Part shown: one piece after another, positions 1 through 11,541 of the stretch
Position numbering within the stretch: position 1 is the first letter of the stretch
Layout of the letters: the number at the start of each line of letters is the position of its first letter
Origin: Neoechinorhynchus agilis
Lineage: Eukaryota; Animalia; Acanthocephala
Direction: 5' to 3'
DNA: 64,000 bases
NCBI GenBank assembly: GCA_051530055.1
Contig: CM121343.1
Location: 6,356,389 to 6,420,388, forward strand
The notes under the pieces: model-generated
What the model saw: the letters and a program-made list of their open reading frames with translations, nothing else
What the model was told of the DNA's origin: nothing
The model's database searches: none
Program-made: the position numbers and the translations under genes

Positions 1-2023
1 TGGGATCAAAATTTACGTTATAGAAATAATCACCAATAGTCACGGCTACTCTCCAGTCATACAGTCGAATGGTATATGCAGTGAGTATGCGGGTAAGAAA
101 ATCGTCCGTATAATAATGTATGACTTCGTAAGCAAGGGCAAGTCCTAAGTAAGACCAAAAATCCCTTCTGTTGATCCTTATAGCCCGTTGATAGCAATAA
201 AGCGATTTATTGTGGTTTCCTGATCGAGCACATTCATCCCCGCACCGTGACCATGCACGACTGTAGGAAGGAGAAAATCGCGTTGCTCGATGAAAATACT
301 CAAGAGCTCTGACATTCTCATTCTTTTCGGAATAAAACATTCCTATCACATAAAGACTCTCACGTCTCCATTTACAAATTGCATTACAGTCTTCTGCTAA
401 CTGGTCAAGATCTTTGCAGTACATTGATTCACTTAATAGATCAGCATATTTGTCTACAAACTCAAGATTGTATGGATCAGTTTGTCGTAGCTCTCGAAAT
501 ATGTCATAAGCTGGATTAAGCCGACCAGCGATGTGATTACAAAGAGCGATCTGAGATTTGAGGTACGTACTTTTCGGGAAAAGGGTCTTTAAATAGTGCT
601 TGTGTTGCAAATGTTCTGCTGCAGAAAAATTGAAAAAGAAAAATAATGTTAATAAAATCTCTTTTGATTTGGGTTTAGAAGAACGGATCGGTGGAATATC
701 AATACACAAACACTGTAATTTTGTTCTTTTCGAGAAGTGCTAGAAATTCGTGTAATTTCATTAGTAAACAAAAGACTTTCCAAAATAAGAAAATACGTAC
801 TTTTCGGGAAAAGGGTCTTTAAATAGTGCTTGTGTTGCAAATGTTCTGCTGCAGAAAAATTGAAAAAGAAAAATAATGTTAATAAAATCTCTTTTGATTT
901 GGGTTTAGAAGAACGGATCGGTGGAATATCAATACACAAACACTGTAATTTTGTTCTTTTCGAGAAGTGCTAGAAATTCGTGTAATTTCATTAGTAAACA
1001 AAAGACTTTCCAAAATAAGAAAATACGTACTTTTCGGGAAAAGGGTCTTTAAATAGTGCTTGTGTTGCAAATGTTCTACTGCAGAAAAATTGAAAAAGAA
1101 AAATAATGTTAATAAAATCTCTTTTGATTTGGGTTTAGAAGAACGGATCGGTGGAATATCAATACACAAACACTGTAATTTTGTTCTGGCGTATTTCGAG
1201 AAGTGCTAGAAATTCGTGTAATTTCATTAGTAAACAAAAGACTTTCCAAAATAAGAAAAATACAAACGCATTTCCTCCATGTTAAACAGAGTCATTTGCA
1301 TCAAATCAAAAGGGCTTCACCGGGTCTTCCCATTTCGATAATTGAATGTGCAATAAACAGATCCCGCATCCAATGACCCTTCCCCATTTCCAGTTCAGCC
1401 ATTTGCGTACAAGAAGTCACAATGTTGCTCATTTCTAACCATGCGGACCAGAGGAATGGTTGCCGTCTAATTGCTCTAATAAAATGATTTGTAGCGCTTT
1501 GATAGAGCTGACAATGTACGTCGATCATTCCTTGAATAAATTCAATGTATGGATCGTAAATTGTGGTAGACTTTATTGGCAGAATTGATGCAAGGTCTTT
1601 ACCAAAAGCACTCATTTTGCGCCTGATTTCGAGTAAATCCCTTCCTAGCAGAGCCATATCGCCACAGTGGTCTCTATACAAAGCCAAATATTCGGCGTAA
1701 GAACGTAGTCGAACGTTGATGGGCGCCTTACAGTCTTCAAGGTAATCCACACAAAGTCGATAATGCTTTTTGTCAAACAAAGCCTTTGCTCGCTGATATA
1801 ATCCGAATTCTCTGACAAATGATCCATTGAAATTATCAAGTAAAGAGAATCCACGTTCCCCGACAAGCCAATCCCATCTTAAATTTTCCATTGACATAAG
1901 CATTTCGGTACACCAACGAGCAGAGTGGATCATTCCGTTCGCTTCTAGTTCATCAATCGCACTGCGCAATTCCGTTTGGATTTTATATTGACGTGAGGCA
2001 GCGTTAACTTTACGAGGAACCAT
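1..2023 (-). CDS. CDC23: Anaphase-promoting complex subunit 8 (TPR protein), 2+ exons, 3' end outside the window
   Basis: Exon 1 (2023-~1303) reads ...PFLWSAWLEM...HWMRDLFIAH. Exon 2 (~603 to <1) reads FPKSTYLKSQIA...DPYNLEFVDKYADLL...YFHRATRFSPSYSRAW...YQRAIRINRRDFWSYLGLALAYEV, colinear with APC8 TPR motifs. The ~700-nt intron has ambiguous ends (see findings). Confidence 0.85.
564..1262. repeat. Tandem repeat, 230-bp unit x3, overlapping the CDC23 intron 3' end and exon 2 start
   Basis: Near-identical units start at ~564, 794 and 1024; ORFs 649..939 and 879..1169 are near-identical translations. Confidence 0.95.
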
Positions 2024-2084
2024 CTACAAATTCATGCGACACTTTACCGTAAATAGGCGAAAATAATCGATCGTAGGTTCTTTC

Positions 2085-2770
2085 TTTTGGTAGTTTTGCA
2101 ATCGCGGATTTAAATTCACTGATTTATTCCCGATATTTCACGTCAAATATCGGAAATAAATCAGAGAATTAAAATCCGATGTGTGGTAAAACTACCAAAA
2201 GAAATGTCGAAATTATACGAGAAATAAATCAGTGAATTTAAATCCGGGGTGGCAAAACTACCAAAATTGAGTATCTTTTCCAACGAAGACAATAATTCAA
2301 GAAATATTGCTTTCCATTGAATTCGTCTACGAATAAAACACTTAAACAGTTGCAAACCTTGGGATAATGTCGGAATTATCCGAGAAATAAATCAATGAAT
2401 TTAAATCCGGGTGGCAAAACTACCAAAATTGAGCATTTCTTTCCCCGAAGATACTAATCCTAGAAATATTGCTTTCTATTGAATTCGTCGACGAATAAAA
2501 CACTTAAACAATGACCAATCGTGGGGAAATGTCGGAATTATCCGAGAAATAAATCAGTGAATTTAAATCCGGGTGGCAAAACCACAAAAATGGATTATTT
2601 TTCCCCCGAAGATACTAATCCAAGAAATATTGTTTTCTATTTAATTCGTCGACGAATAAAACACTTAAACAATGACCATTCGTGGGGAAATAGAAATAAA
2701 TCAGTGAATTTAAATCCGGGTGGCAAAACTACCAAAAAGGGAGTATTTTTCCTGCGGAAGGCAAAAATCC
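2085..2770. repeat. Long inverted repeat (2085-2200) followed by a ~162-bp tandem array (~3.5 copies) in the CDC23/EFTUD2 divergent intergenic region
   Basis: ttttggtagtttt...ccgatattt pairs with aaatatcgg...aaaactaccaaaa. Units containing gaaataaatcagtgaatttaaatccgggtggcaaaac start at ~2201, 2365, 2526 and 2686. Confidence 0.9.
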
Positions 2771-3011
2771 AAAGAATCAATCATAGATTCGACGTGTTTT
2801 TAAATCGTCAATTCAATTAACCTCATCACATTTAGAGCATTTGAATTCTTACTTCAAAAGATTAAAGCTGAAATATCTGCATAAATCGTATTCATTGATG
2901 CATTTTAGAATCTTCAAAATATTTTAGGAGAATTCTTCCCGCTAATGGACGATATTAATAGAAAGATTACCTGCAACGATTTGCGATCAATTGCCAGTTA
3001 TCGATTCTAAG

Positions 3012-6000
3012 ATGGACCAGGATTTATACGACGAGTTTGGTAACTATATTGGGCCGAATATTGAGTCTGATTATGAGGATGAGATTGAAGCTACGGATCA
3101 AGCTGTAGATTCAGAGCCGGCCGCCACAAATGGTGGTACTGATGATGTTTTGGTTGAGAAATATCCCAAATCAGAGGCTCGTGTGGTTGTTTATCACGAA
3201 GATAAGAAATACTATCCTGATGCTGCTCAGATTTACGGTCCGAATGTTGAAACTGTTGTTCAGGACGAAGACCTTCAACCACTGACCGAACCGATAATCG
3301 CTCCTGTGCGGAAATTGAAATTTTCCCACATTACCAACGCCGTTCCGGAGACTGTATACGACCAGCGGTATATGTTGGGTCTTCTTAAAGTGCCGGAATT
3401 AATCCGAAATGTGGCACTATGTGGACATCTCCACCATGGGAAAACTACCTTCTGTGATGCTATATTTGAACAAACTCATCCTGGATTAGGTTCAAGTGAA
3501 GAACGCGAATTGTTATTTACTGATCATTTATTTACTGAACAAGAACGAGGATTATCAATTAAGCGGCCAGCCAGTCTTAGGCGTAAAATGTTTAAATTTC
3601 TAATCGAAATTTATTTTTTTCGCTTGTCGACACCCGAGGGAGATCGCTTATAGAGTCATTTTATCAATTCAATTGCTTGTAAGTTTTTAGATATGTGAGT
3701 TTATAAACTTACAAGCAATTGAATTGATATAATGACTCCGATTGAATCAAGCGACCTCCCTTGGGTGTCGACAAGCGACCGAAATAACAATAAATCTAAC
3801 CACACCCGAATGTAATCCTCAATATTGTGTAATAAATCTAAAATGCTCCTTTTTTGGCACATGAAAACCAATTTTAAAGAATTTTATTTGCGAAATATTA
3901 AAATTTTCACCCCTGAAATTTAACAATATTATCCATCTTCTTGAACCAAATGCTCATTTTTATAGGCGAATTTTTTCCACAGTTGTAATCTTTATATGAC
4001 CGTAATCAATTTCTAATTTTGCTGAGCAAATATTTTCCTATGCCATCGATAAGTTTAAACACAGTAAGTTGAATTTTGTCTGCAAAAGTTTGAGAAATGT
4101 TTCTATAAAGACAAGAGACTATTAAGGATTAGAATATGTATTAAATGGTCCAGCTCGCCGCAACGCCTGCGTTCCCTTGATCAATAGCCATTTTTACTTG
4201 GTCGCTAGTCAGCGAGAATAGTTTTCTCTTTTGAATTAGTAATTTAAATATGGAACGTTCATAATTTCTTTGCGTAACCTTCAGAATGTCGGAGCAGAAA
4301 TCATTCACATCACCGGCCCTCTGGATCACTCAGCTGCCATCCTGGTGTTGTAATGGTCGAAAGGTCAGATGCAGCGTTTGTTTTGTAGAAGGAATTCTGC
4401 CTTTGGATCGTCTCAATCTCTTAGACAATTGCTTGACAAGGTTCTTTGTCGCGGTACCAAACGAACCGATATGGAACTAGGTAAAATATCTTTATTTTCT
4501 TATAAACAGTTTCATCTTTTCACTTTACTGGTTCTATTCTTAAGTCAAATATAATCTTTTTATTAGAAGAATGGCTGCAGAAAAGTCGAGCCCGTTCACA
4601 GTATTAATGGATGATATGAAAGGAAAGTCGTATGTAATTAATTTTATGGATACACCGGGTCATGTCAACTTCTCAGATGAGGTTACTGCCGCATTTCGAA
4701 TCTGCGATGGATGCATTATCTTCGTCGACGCGAGTGAAGGACCGATGTTGAACACTCACCGATTATTAAAACATGCTATTCAGGAAGGGCTTCCTGTTAT
4801 ACTTGTTCTGAACAAGATTGATCGTTTAATTATTGAGTTAAAGCTTCCTCCCACTGATGTATATTTCAAATTAAAGCTAATTCTCGAAGAACTGAACGCG
4901 ATTATAAGGTAAACCCCAAGTTTGATCACTTTTTTATTTAAAATTTTTTGTTTAGAGACACTTGTTCTCAATCGACCGAATGCAATTATTTCAGTCCACT
5001 TCGGAATAATGTGTGTTTTGCTAGCTCATATTACCGATTCTGCTTTACTCTTCAATCATTCGCTCAAATGTACGCACGGTTGAATAACGGTAAAAATGTC
5101 GTAATTAATTATATAATTTTTTCCTTTGATTTAGAATCAATTGATGTCGAAAAATTTTCACATTGTCTATGGGGTGATCGATTTTTCTGCCGAAAAACGT
5201 AAGTATTTTAAAGGTTTTCTAAAAAAATATTCGGCAAGTATCAAAGTAAACACTAGTAATTCTAAATTCATTCTTTGGCCGAATTAATCCATTTTTTCAA
5301 TCACTTATTTTTATTGAAACAATGATTGCTTATTGTTCACATGAAAAGAATAGAAAAAATCGCATTGCATGCAGCATTTCCGTTTAATGCAAGTTATATC
5401 GTTTCGTGCAAATTGGAACGAAAATATAAACTTAAGAAATACTAATCAAAGTCACTACTCGCCCACTTACATTAAAAATTTAATTAAAGATCGGGATCCT
5501 CTTTTTTAACAGTAAATTGTAAATCGAGTTGTCTTAATAAATCCATCGGGTTATTATTTTTAAATGTTGTAACTCATCTGCCCACCAATTGAGCATTATC
5601 GTTGTGATTATGTCATTGGTAGTATTGCTCGGGTAAAATTTATTAGCAATATTCGTTGGATTTTGAGATCTCTAAATTTGGAAATCGTAAGAAACTTTAA
5701 TAAGTGTCCAAAATACAAACCTTTGATAATTCCGAGCATGTCCCAAACTGATTTAAATAAAGTCACACATAAAAGTATAAGAAACAAAAGCTACAGCTAA
5801 CACTGAGATTTCATATTTCAATTGTGTCTTATGGAACATTTAGAGTACAACGCCACATTTGCGATATGATATTTTCTATAAACTTTTTGTTGATTAAAAC
5901 CGGGTACAGTGGTATCTATTTTTTCCTTCAAGATCTTAAATACTTCTTAAAATAATGTCACGTATTGATCAGTTATACGGCATCCTCGGTGAGTCAATTT

Positions 6001-8035
6001 TTACTAAGACGAATCTGTCATCTTTGATCGTAATTTTGCGTAGAAATGATTTTCAATGTTAATAAAAACTCGGTTTACATTAAGATTTGCAACTTGATTG
6101 ATTCATATCTATCGTTTGTGATTTAGTCGACGCTTCACTCGCAAAGCCACCGAAGGAATAAGTCAAGAGCGGTCGTTTGTTCAATTTATTCTTGAACCAT
6201 TGTATAAGATATTTTCACAAGTTGTAGGAGATGTAGACACAACCCTCCCAGAAACCCTAAGTGAGCTTGGCGTTGAGTTATCCCCAAAGGAGCTTGGGAT
6301 GAACATTCGACCACTTGTTCGTCTTGTCTGTGCGCAATTTTTCGGTTCATTCGCTGGCTTGGTGGATGTTATTGTGCGTAAAATACCATCTCCGGCACAA
6401 AACGCAGCCAAGAAAGCTTCCTTTATATACACCGGACCGTTTTCTGACTTCAAGTCTTTGACGACGTGTGACAGCAGCGGTCCTCTACTGGTTCATACGA
6501 CTAAGAATTATCCCGACAGCGAAGCAAGCGCCTTTAATGTATTTGGCCGAGTGTTCAGTGGTACTTTGAGAGCAAACTCACGAGTGAAGATACTCGGAGA
6601 GAGTTACTCCCTTTATGACGAAGAGGATTCACGGATATGTGTTTGTGGCCGTTTATGGTTATTGTGTGGGCGTTATAAAATAGAGGTTCAAGAAGCATGT
6701 GCAGGTTCATGGGTACTGATCGAAAACATTGACGCTTCAATCGTAAAGACGAGTACCATCACTGAACCTGGAATTCAAGAAGCTGTTCATACTTTCCGGC
6801 CATTGCGATTCAACACTTCATCTGTGATAAAAATTGCAGTTGAACCAGTCAATCCTAGTGAATTGCCTAAAATGTTAGATGGGCTTCGTAAAGTGAATAA
6901 GTCGTACCCTGGATTAGTGACGAAAGTAGAGGAATCCGGAGAACACATTATTTTGGGAACCGGTGAGCTCTATCTTGATTCAGTTATGCTTGACCTACGA
7001 AGGATATACTCCGAAATTGAAGTCAAGGTTGCTGATCCAGTTGTTCGCTTTTGTGAAACTGTTGTCGAGACTTCTTCGTTGAAATGTTTTAGTGAAACAC
7101 CTAACAAAAAGAATAAGTTAACAATGATAGCTGAACCGCTCGAATCGGGATTAGCTGAAGATATTGAAAGTGGTGAAGTGAAGTTAACGTGGCCCGTTCG
7201 ACAAATTGGTGATTTTTTTCAAACCAAATACGACTGGGATCTACTAAGTGCTAGAAGTGTTTGGGCATTTGGTCCGGATCCAAACGACGGTCCGAATATA
7301 TTGTTAGACCACACGCTTCCCTATGAAGTGGACAAAACCGTTCTAAACACTGTTCAAGATAGCGTAGTGCAAGGTTTTCGATGGGCAACTCGTGAAGGCC
7401 CGCTTTGCGATGAGCCTATTCGAAACGTGAAATTTAAATTACTTGATGCTACATTAAGCAATGATCTCAATCAACGTTCAGGTGGACAGATGATCCCGAC
7501 AGCACGTCGTGTCGCGTATTCGGCTTTTCTACTGGCTACCCCGCGACTTATGGAACCGTACCTCTTAGTGGAAGTCGTTGCCCCTGCAGACTGCGTGTCC
7601 TCGTTATATGCCGTCCTGTCAAAGCGAAGAGGTCACGTTACTCATGACACTCCTATTCCAGGCTCACCGTTGTACGTATTAAAGGCGTTTTTACCCGCTA
7701 TTGACTCATTTGGATTTGAAACGGATCTGAGGACTCATACACAAGGGCAAGCTTTTTGTCTTAGCACTTTTCACCACTGGCAAATAGTACCAGGTGATCC
7801 TTTAAACAAAGGAATAGTGATCAAACCGCTGGAACCACAACCTGTAAATCATCTAGCGAGGGAATTTATGGTTAAGACTAGACGGCGAAAGGTGCGTAAT
7901 TTCAAAAAATTTAGATTACCTTAAAATGATATTTTCTAGGGACTCAGTGAAGATGTCACTGTCAACAAATTCTTTGATGATCCAATGCTTATTGAACTCG
8001 CTAAACAGGATGTTATGCTAAACTACTCTGTTTAA
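3012..8035 (+). CDS. EFTUD2: U5 snRNP GTPase Snu114/EFTUD2, 6 exons
   Basis: [16 protein letters not shown]-terminus, GHLHHGKT P-loop, [47 protein letters not shown]-type C-terminal region, GLSEDV. Introns 2-5 are canonical GT-AG; intron 1 is anomalous. Confidence 0.97.
3621..3778. mobile_element. Fold-back MITE in EFTUD2 intron 1
   Basis: Near-perfect palindrome: cgcttgtcgacacccgagggagatcgctt...aagcgacctcccttgggtgtcgacaagcg, with inner arms tcaattcaattgcttgtaagttt / aaacttacaagcaattgaattga. Confidence 0.85.
4302..4365 (+). repeat. Short dispersed repeat, second copy at 59252-59313
   Basis: Both loci share cattcacaYcaccg...cactca..tgccRtcctggtgttgtaatggtcgaaa. Confidence 0.7.
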
Positions 8036-8594
8036 AATATAACGCATTTTTAGCAATTGTGGACGAAACGGATATTTTAATTGATTTTGATTTAATACGA
8101 TATGCCACCCGAACAACGAGATATGTGCCTCATTTTTTAGGTTATTAAGTCACTATTTGTCGCACTAACGACATTCAATACCTCTAATTTTTCCGTTGAA
8201 AAAATCTATTTACGTTATCGTGGACAGCGAAAAATATCATGCGCTCAATCGAAATCGTTCAAATTTTATTACAGCATACTTATCGCGAAAAACATGCTTT
8301 GATTTTACTACAAATTGTGTAAGATCTTTAAAACAAATAAGACGTCAGGGTTCAAGTCATTAGTAAGTTTCAGGATTCTCGATTTAAAAATTGTAAAAAT
8401 CAGAAATTATCTCCTTTTAATTATTCACATTTTAAGATATTCCGAAGAACATTTATCTTCGATAAAGGATTAATCAGTAATAAAATCATCCCGATTTCGA
8501 AAAATATTCGCAATTTTATTCGTCTTTTCGCCGAATACTCAAGTGCACGTAAACGTTGAAACCGTGCAGTCCTTTATCTTAAATCGTATACACT

Positions 8595-8812
8595 CATGGC
8601 ATCACTGCATATCTTTTTGTAACCCTCTCGGCTAACTCATATCCTTTGGGGCCTGTTGGCTAACTCACACACTTCGGTAGCGCTCAGCCGCACTCTAACG
8701 GAAAGGACCAACCCTTTTATGGGGTCAATGGGCGATCTCAGACCTGACCCCGACCCTTCCAGCAGCCTCGCAACCCCCGTAGAACCCAGCGACCAGTGGA
8801 CTTGAACCAACG
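8595..8812 (-). mobile_element. SINE-like structured dispersed repeat, copy 1 (copy 2 at 29640-29810, +)
   Basis: Shares ggtcgctgggttctacggggttgcgaggc...gagtgcggct...agcc with the 29640 copy. Begins with a B-box-like GGTTCAAGTCC. Confidence 0.7.
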
Positions 8813-8978
8813 ACATATCGATCGCATTTTGAACACTGGGTCCCTGTAGTTCAAATAGTATAAACAAGTGATTTAAAATTTGTGATTCAGATAAGTAACG
8901 AATTTTAAGCGCATAGTATGAAAACAGCGAAAATTTGAAGGGGCATTTTACTCACAAATGAGTAACTTATAAAGAAAT

Positions 8979-9160
8979 TGTTCATGTTTATTTGTGTTCT
9001 TTGGTGATAAGAAAAATAGATATTGATTTATTAATTCCCAATATTTCGTCCGTCTCGTCGGACTTCAGGTTTTTTGCAAGTTTTCTACTATTTTGGACGA
9101 AGTGTTGGGAATTAATAAATCAATTTCTATTTTTCTTACTACCAAACAACATATAAATGA
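8979..9160. mobile_element. MITE with ~50-70 bp terminal inverted repeats
   Basis: ttggtgataagaaaaatagatattgatttattaattcccaatatttcgtcc (9001-) is the reverse complement of ggacgaagtgttgggaattaataaatcaatttctatttttcttactaccaa (-9145). Confidence 0.85.
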
Positions 9161-9779
9161 GTAACTTTATATTAAGTAGCAGAATAATGAGTCTTTTATT
9201 GTCATTGTTAAGAACTTGGGGCAAAGTGCAAGCTGCGTCTAGTCGAGGTTTGTTTAAATTTTAAGCGTCACTGTAGGTACTCAAATGCGTGCGTTTCTTA
9301 TTTAAGTGACGAGCATCTCAAGCTGTTCTACAAATATGCCAGAAAGTTTATTTGGCGATTTTCTATATCGATCTGCTGGTAGAAAGTGTCTAAGGGACCG
9401 TTACGATTGGATACGACATTCTAGAAATTAAATTTGTGTGTGTCAAACGCTTTATTTAAAGTTAAAATTGACAATAGTCTAATTGCATCTCTCAAGGAAA
9501 TTGGTTTTAATTTTTATCATTAAAAATTATTCGAACGGGGCATGAAGATGTTCAATTATTCCATTGAATTTCGAAATTTAGATTTTGACCTTTTCATTTC
9601 GTACGACTAAATGCTTCGGTGTATGCTGTACCAATTTATTAATTCACTGTAAGATCAATCGATTAATATTTGATAGAAAAGTTTCTCTCTCTCGAAACAA
9701 GTCGATGATTAGCAGAACAATGATTCTGTCAGTGTGGTAACTCTATGATATGAATTCCACGTTAAAAATTATAGAATAG

Positions 9780-10159
9780 ATGAATCAAGAATTGGGCACA
9801 GGGAGTCCAACAGGATCGGAGAGCAACGAAGAGAAACATTTAGAAGACCAAGAATTGACGGAGCTTTTAAAGCTATCAACCCAAGTGAAAGAGGTTACAT
9901 TTAATGATGATGAACTGTTGGAAGCCTTCAACGAGTTTGATTACGACAGCGCTGGATATATTTGTATCGACAAGCTTCGGAGAGCAATGAGCAGATTATG
10001 CCATGATTCTCATATACAGTCATCTTGAACGAGAATTTACGTGGCCTAGGAGAAGGTTTAACAGACGAAGAAATACGAGAGATGATCGTTGAAGCTGACG
10101 CTAATGGCGATGGTGTAGTGGATTTCGAGGAGTTTGTTAGAATCGTTCGAAACCAATGA
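9780..10159 (+). CDS. Calmodulin-like protein with one EF-hand pair; frame switch requires removal of 50 nt
   Basis: [26 protein letters not shown], then in another frame [33 protein letters not shown], matching the calmodulin C-lobe. Confidence 0.75.
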
Positions 10160-10598
10160 AGCGCCATGTTTTAATAACATGAACAGTTTTTTGTTATACA
10201 AAAATGCCAAGAGTCGATTATTTCTTTATTGGAATGACTTCAAGACCACAAACATTTGTTCTGAGGCGGCAAATACAAATTTTATATATAAACGTCAATT
10301 TAGTGAATTACTTTAAATCGCTTTTTTTTCACAATTCTGAGTCACTCCTCATTACAGGCAAATAAACACATTTTATCAAATCCTTGAAGACTTGTAGCTC
10401 TTTTTAATTAATAGCCCAAAACAGGGTTATGCGGAAACTAACCTTCAACAATAATCCGCTAAGATTATCGCTAGAAAAATAAAATGTTATGGTCGTCCTT
10501 TGGAGACTATTCAGTACTTTCATCCACTTTATTGACTTTAGTTACCGAGAAAAATTCAACACTTTTAAGTTGTCGATTTTCATGCATTTGACCCTAAA

Positions 10599-11153
10599 GA
10601 TTTGGGTATTTATACTAAAAATTTATATGAGTATTTCCTTGATGAATCGTTATGTTTCATACTTTTATGTTCTTTATAATCAACGTTTTTATATTTTTTA
10701 GCCAAAGAAATACTTAAGGAAATAATAATTATTAATTTTTGTAAATTGTAGTAATACAGTTTCTTTTTTTGTGAGTTTTGGGATTTGGGTATTTATACTA
10801 AAAATTTATATGAGTATTTCCTTGATGAATAGTTATATTTCATACTTTTATGTTCTTTATAATCAACGTTTTTATATTTTTTAGCCAAAGAAATACTTAG
10901 GGAAATAATAATTATTAATTTTTGTAGATTGTAGTAATACAGTTTCTTTTTTTGTGAGTTTTGGGATTTGGGTATTTATACTAAAAATTTATATGAGTAT
11001 TTCCTTGATGAATAGTTATATTTCATACTTTTATGTTCTTTATAATCAACGTTTTTATATTTTTTAGCCAAAGAAATACTTAAGGATATAATAATTATTA
11101 ATTTTTGTAGATTGTAGTAATAAAGTTTCTTTTTTTATGAGTTTTGGGATTTG
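10599..11153. repeat. Tandem repeat, 183-bp unit x3
   Basis: gatttggg... starts recur at 10599, 10782, 10965 and 11148. Confidence 0.95.
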
Positions 11154-11289
11154 GTTGTTTTTACAAAAATTTATTAGATGACTTTTCCTATCAACGTCCT
11201 TTTTTTGTACTTTAGCATCTCCAACATATTTAAAGAATTGCATTTTTTCGCCAAATTCCAGAAATGTTGGTCGATTCCTAGATCCATTC

Positions 11290-11541
11290 TCAAATGAGCG
11301 CTGCGGAAGGACGGAAAACGGCGAAATACCTCCATTTAGCCCATGTTTTTGTGCCGTTTGGGGTTGAGACCTACGGATCTCTTGGTAGCGAGGCTCTTCA
11401 ACTCCTGAGGGATGTGAAGCGGCGCCTTCAGGTTACAACCGGTAATGCAGGGTCAATACGTGGTTCAAAATATTAGTATCTCCGTGTTGAGAGGCAACAC
11501 TGCAAGCATTCGGGCGACAATTGAGGACGAGGACGGCTAGG
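11290..11541 (+). mobile_element. 3' fragment of a CRE-like non-LTR retrotransposon (restriction-like endonuclease tail)
   Basis: KYLHLAHVFVPFGVETYGSLGSEALQLLRDVKRRL...RGNTASIRATIEDEDG*; the last ~50 nt recur at 60430-60478. Confidence 0.75.

Noticed and set aside
649-1169. ORFs lying within tandem arrays (also 2521, 10489, 44200-44750, 47784, 48170)
   Set aside because: They are by-products of repeat units or of the duplicated CDC23 boundary, not independent genes.
1301-1303. Alternative genetic code or TGA readthrough to explain in-frame stops (also 10026, 53131, 56699)
   Set aside because: Most sites also need a frame change, and ordinary genes here end in TGA or TAA.
9999-10048. Programmed ribosomal frameshift in the calmodulin-like gene
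   Set aside because: No slippery heptamer, and translation through the segment would put ~16 extra residues into the EF-hand helix.
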